A stretch of DNA of 27,767 bases from assembly GCA_041178085.1 (NCBI GenBank), contig JBEGVZ010000130.1, positions 1-27,767 on the forward strand, read 5' to 3'. The stretch's first letter is position 1. Every line of letters starts with the position of its first letter. The notes below the pieces were generated by a model that worked only from the letters and a program-made list of their open reading frames with translations, did no database searches and was not told where the DNA came from. Position numbers and translations under genes: made by a program. Shown here in pieces: positions 24,753 through 27,767 of the stretch. Source of the DNA: Pseudomonadota bacterium. GTDB lineage: Bacteria; Bdellovibrionota_B; Oligoflexia; Oligoflexales; RGVZ01.

Positions 24753-27700
24753 TCAGCCGCCCGCAGGCGGCGGTGGGAATTCACACCGGTCGCCTTTGAT
24801 CTCGGCAAGATTACCATCCGGGCCCGGCGAACTCGTGTTCAAGTGGTTTTGATAGAAGTTTCCATTCCTTCCAAAAACCGGCTGACCTTTGAAGGCAGCG
24901 CACGAGACAATGTCGATCGAGCAACGTCCGCCGAAGCCTTCAATAAGATGGTACTTGGATCTTTCGAAGATCACTTTGCGCCCTGAGACGTCGGTGGAGA
25001 ATGGGTTAGCGACCTTTATCGAGTCGCAGGCCACACCGTCCATGACTTCGATTCCCGCAGCAAGTTCCTGTTCACGGACGTAAGCGGAGCTGTGGGAGCC
25101 AGCAGTTGAGTTGGAATAGAGCGGTTTGCTGGCGTCGAAATTGTGGGCTTGTCCAAAGTAACGCAAGGTGCCCAGCCCCCAGTAATTGCCCCCGGTCAGC
25201 TGCGAAACAATTTTTCCTGCCGGAGCGATCCCGATCATTTGGATGGTCGCTTGGGACCTCGATCCGGAGGCAGCAAGGTCTTTGAAAGCTGCCAAATCAA
25301 TTTTCGACCAGGATCCGGCTGGCTTGACCACATCAAATGGAGCAACAGGGCGGGCAAGGTCATAATAGAAGGCGAGCGGCATGCTTCGCGCATGGGCGAC
25401 TGAGTTGAGATAGCGGGCGTGCAGGTTAGTCGGCAAGGTCACGCCTCCAGAAACGGCAGGGAATACCGGATTTACGCTGGTTTCACCAGCTCCAGACCAA
25501 TCGAAGCCATTGAGGTACCGGTCAAATGCACTCTTGCCTTCGGAGACCTTGTTGCCGGCGCCGTCTTTCTCCCCCGGGTGGACCCAGGTGCCGTGTTCAA
25601 TCATCTCCACCAGCGTGAATTTTTGACAATGACTGTAAGCCGAACCCAGTGCCGCATAAGGGGCTGAAACTGTGATCCAGCGGGTGCGGGGCAAGTTGGC
25701 TGCGCCCAGGGCCCTGCGGACTCCGAAGGAAGATCCATTGGATCCTATGGTCAAGTGGCTTCCGTTGAGCAGCTTGGGACGGACGACCTCATTGATGCCT
25801 TGATAGAAGATCTCATAAACGTAGGCACCCGATGCCGGGTTGGAAGGATCTCGCAACAAGGCGAAATCATCGTTGACCGGACAAGATGCGACCGGATCGG
25901 ATGGGTAAGGAAAGCACGCAGACCCTGATGCTTTAACCAGTGAGAGCGCATTCGTCGGGTTGTTGCTGCGCGTTGCAACGGCAGCGCAATTCGTGATTTC
26001 CTCTTTTTCGACATTTTCAAGGCCCGCATCATTCACGATTTCTGCGCGAGTGTAGACTGTTTCTGCCGGATTGGGGCCAATCTGTGACGGGGTGGGCGGG
26101 AACGTATCAGGGTCACCGGCCATCCGGTATCTGCGAGCGATGTAACTTTCGCGGAATACCCGCTCGATCTTGCCGTAGGCAGTTGAAATCAATTCATCGG
26201 CGGTCGGAGCGATCACTGGCTTGCCGCTGAAGTTCAACGGATTGAAATTCTCGGGGAACCTGGCGATGCTTCCGATCAGGTAGCGTCTTGCCGCTGGAGC
26301 CATTTTTTGGAGCTCACGGACAGTCCGGAATTCCGGGAAGACATCCAACCGGGACAGGCTTTCGATAAGCAGTGCGCGCACTCGCACAGGGCCACTTGAA
26401 CAGTCCCTGATGACGGCATTCCGCAAGTCGACCGACCCGGCGAGATCGTAGTCAGATAGCGATTCGGCTGGTTCCGGGGCAAGGCCGGCTTGCGGGGCAA
26501 ACTGGAGGTTACACCGGTCGTTGATGTTTGCTGCGGCAATGCTATCCAAGATGCCCTTGACCGTTTGGATCGTTACCGTCGCATCACGTAAAACAGCAAG
26601 TTTATCCCTGCAAAACGCGTTTGCTTCGTTGGCCGCGCGGTAGTCATAGATCGATAGGGCGCGCGCCGTCCCGTTCTTGCAGAAAACCCGGTCGATGTGA
26701 CCTGTCCTGAGGGCCGCCCATGCCAGCGCAACTTCCATCCTTGCCTTGATTGCTGCAATGACCTCGGCCCGGTCCTTGGCGAGGTTAAGAATGTCGATTT
26801 CGCCCTGCATCTGGTCCGCATTGCTGGCAAGAGTTGCGACCTTACCTTCCAATTCCTTCAGGGCTTCAGCTGCCTTTACCAGTTCAGATACCGTCTCCGA
26901 AAGGGCGTTGAACTGTGACTGCAGGCCAGAGATCTGGCTGTCCTGGCGGGTGATCAGTTCTGTTCGGACTTCTTCAATTTTCGCCTTGGTTGAGTTCGTA
27001 AGGTCTGTGATTCGCTGGTCCAGAAGCATATCTTTTGCCTGCAAAGCGAGTATTTCAGCGACCTGTTGAGCATGCGCCGATTCCAGGGCAGTGATCCGTC
27101 CTTTGGCATTCGCTATCTCAACATTCGTGCTTGAAATAAAACCTTCAAAAATCTCCCGATTTGCTAACCAGTCTGTTTTCAAGTCTTCCAGTCCCAACGC
27201 TTCAAGCTTGTCGAGAACCGAATCCATATTCTTGAAATCAGCCTCAAGGCCGTCATACTTCGTCTTTAACTGGTCAATTTGCCCCTGAAGAGACTCCCCC
27301 ACTTGCACGATCCGGTCGCCCAGCCGCACTTCGAGGGCATCCAGAGTCGCGGTGAAGTTTTCCCGGAGGCCACTAATTGCTCCTTCCAGAGTTTTGAAAC
27401 CTTCCTCGAGTTTCGAAATCCTGTTTTCGTTATCCCGGATGCGGGTGGATAAAGTCAGGTCGAACGATTGCATTTCAACTGTGATCGCTGCCATCAAGCG
27501 GATCAGCTTTGCCGGGTCGGTTTCTGTTTTGAGCTCTTTCAATTTTGCGATGCACAGGGTCAGGGAGTCGACCAGTTGCTGATCCTTGAGCTGGTTGGCG
27601 GTAAGGAGCAATCCCTCTGCTTTTGCAATCAGACCATCAAGCTCGTCGGTTACGACAGCGTCTTGAGTCGTGTTTAGCTCCGATCCGTTTTTTTTCGTGA

Positions 27701-27767
27701 TGACGAGTTGCTGGTTGTCGCAAGCAGTTGCCAACCACGTGAAAGTGAGTGACGCGACGACGAATCC
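24753..27767 (-). CDS. Large lipoprotein with a long N-terminal coiled coil and a Cys-containing C-terminal region (5' end outside the window)
   Basis: Frame is open to the window edge (GFVVASLTFTWLATAC, a lipobox); about 300 aa of heptad-rich helix, then about 650 aa globular region with more than 10 Cys. Confidence 0.85.
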   Translation of the reverse strand, partial: GFVVASLTFTWLATACDNQQLVITKKNGSELNTTQDAVVTDELDGLIAKAEGLLLTANQLKDQQLVDSLTLCIAKLKELKTETDPAKLIRLMAAITVEMQSFDLTLSTRIRDNENRISKLEEGFKTLEGAISGLRENFTATLDALEVRLGDRIVQVGESLQGQIDQLKTKYDGLEADFKNMDSVLDKLEALGLEDLKTDWLANREIFEGFISSTNVEIANAKGRITALESAHAQQVAEILALQAKDMLLDQRITDLTNSTKAKIEEVRTELITRQDSQISGLQSQFNALSETVSELVKAAEALKELEGKVATLASNADQMQGEIDILNLAKDRAEVIAAIKARMEVALAWAALRTGHIDRVFCKNGTARALSIYDYRAANEANAFCRDKLAVLRDATVTIQTVKGILDSIAAANINDRCNLQFAPQAGLAPEPAESLSDYDLAGSVDLRNAVIRDCSSGPVRVRALLIESLSRLDVFPEFRTVRELQKMAPAARRYLIGSIARFPENFNPLNFSGKPVIAPTADELISTAYGKIERVFRESYIARRYRMAGDPDTFPPTPSQIGPNPAETVYTRAEIVNDAGLENVEKEEITNCAAVATRSNNPTNALSLVKASGSACFPYPSDPVASCPVNDDFALLRDPSNPASGAYVYEIFYQGINEVVRPKLLNGSHLTIGSNGSSFGVRRALGAANLPRTRWITVSAPYAALGSAYSHCQKFTLVEMIEHGTWVHPGEKDGAGNKVSEGKSAFDRYLNGFDWSGAGETSVNPVFPAVSGGVTLPTNLHARYLNSVAHARSMPLAFYYDLARPVAPFDVVKPAGSWSKIDLAAFKDLAASGSRSQATIQMIGIAPAGKIVSQLTGGNYWGLGTLRYFGQAHNFDASKPLYSNSTAGSHSSAYVREQELAAGIEVMDGVACDSIKVANPFSTDVSGRKVIFERSKYHLIEGFGGRCSIDIVSCAAFKGQPVFGRNGNFYQNHLNTSSPGPDGNLAEIKGDRCEFPPPPAGG

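Noticed and set aside
1..27767. Defence island, prophage, mobile element or structural RNA genes
   Set aside because: I saw no nuclease, integrase, transposase, phage structural, tRNA or rRNA signatures, and the intergenic spaces are short.

Overview
A roughly 28 kb bacterial chromosomal segment, moderately GC-rich and gene-dense. I saw no rRNA, tRNA, CRISPR array, IS element, integrase or phage genes. Housekeeping genes (archaeal/eukaryote-type proS, an RluA-family pseudouridine synthase, ade, guaB, guaA, an LpxL-type acyltransferase, a deoxyhypusine-synthase-like gene) alternate with many exported or lipid-anchored proteins of unknown function. That content suggests a Gram-negative, possibly Bdellovibrionota/Oligoflexia-like organism (inference only). 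The main leads are: (1) a tightly linked minus-strand operon, lipoprotein - lipoprotein - FadL-like barrel - LpxL-like acyltransferase - permuted NlpC/P60 enzyme, that could be a lipid capture and recycling system; (2) three sigma28/FliA-type promoters in front of non-flagellar exported proteins, one a perfect TAAA-N15-GCCGATAA and one apparently giving a leaderless mRNA for a 14-blade delta-60 lipoprotein; (3) a small metal-binding cluster centred on a secreted 23-His two-repeat protein; (4) an exported catalase-fold protein lacking the proximal Tyr motif, behind an OxyR/LysR-like site; (5) a DHS-like enzyme with altered substrate-site residues. All family assignments are by-eye motif recognition, with no database searches run.
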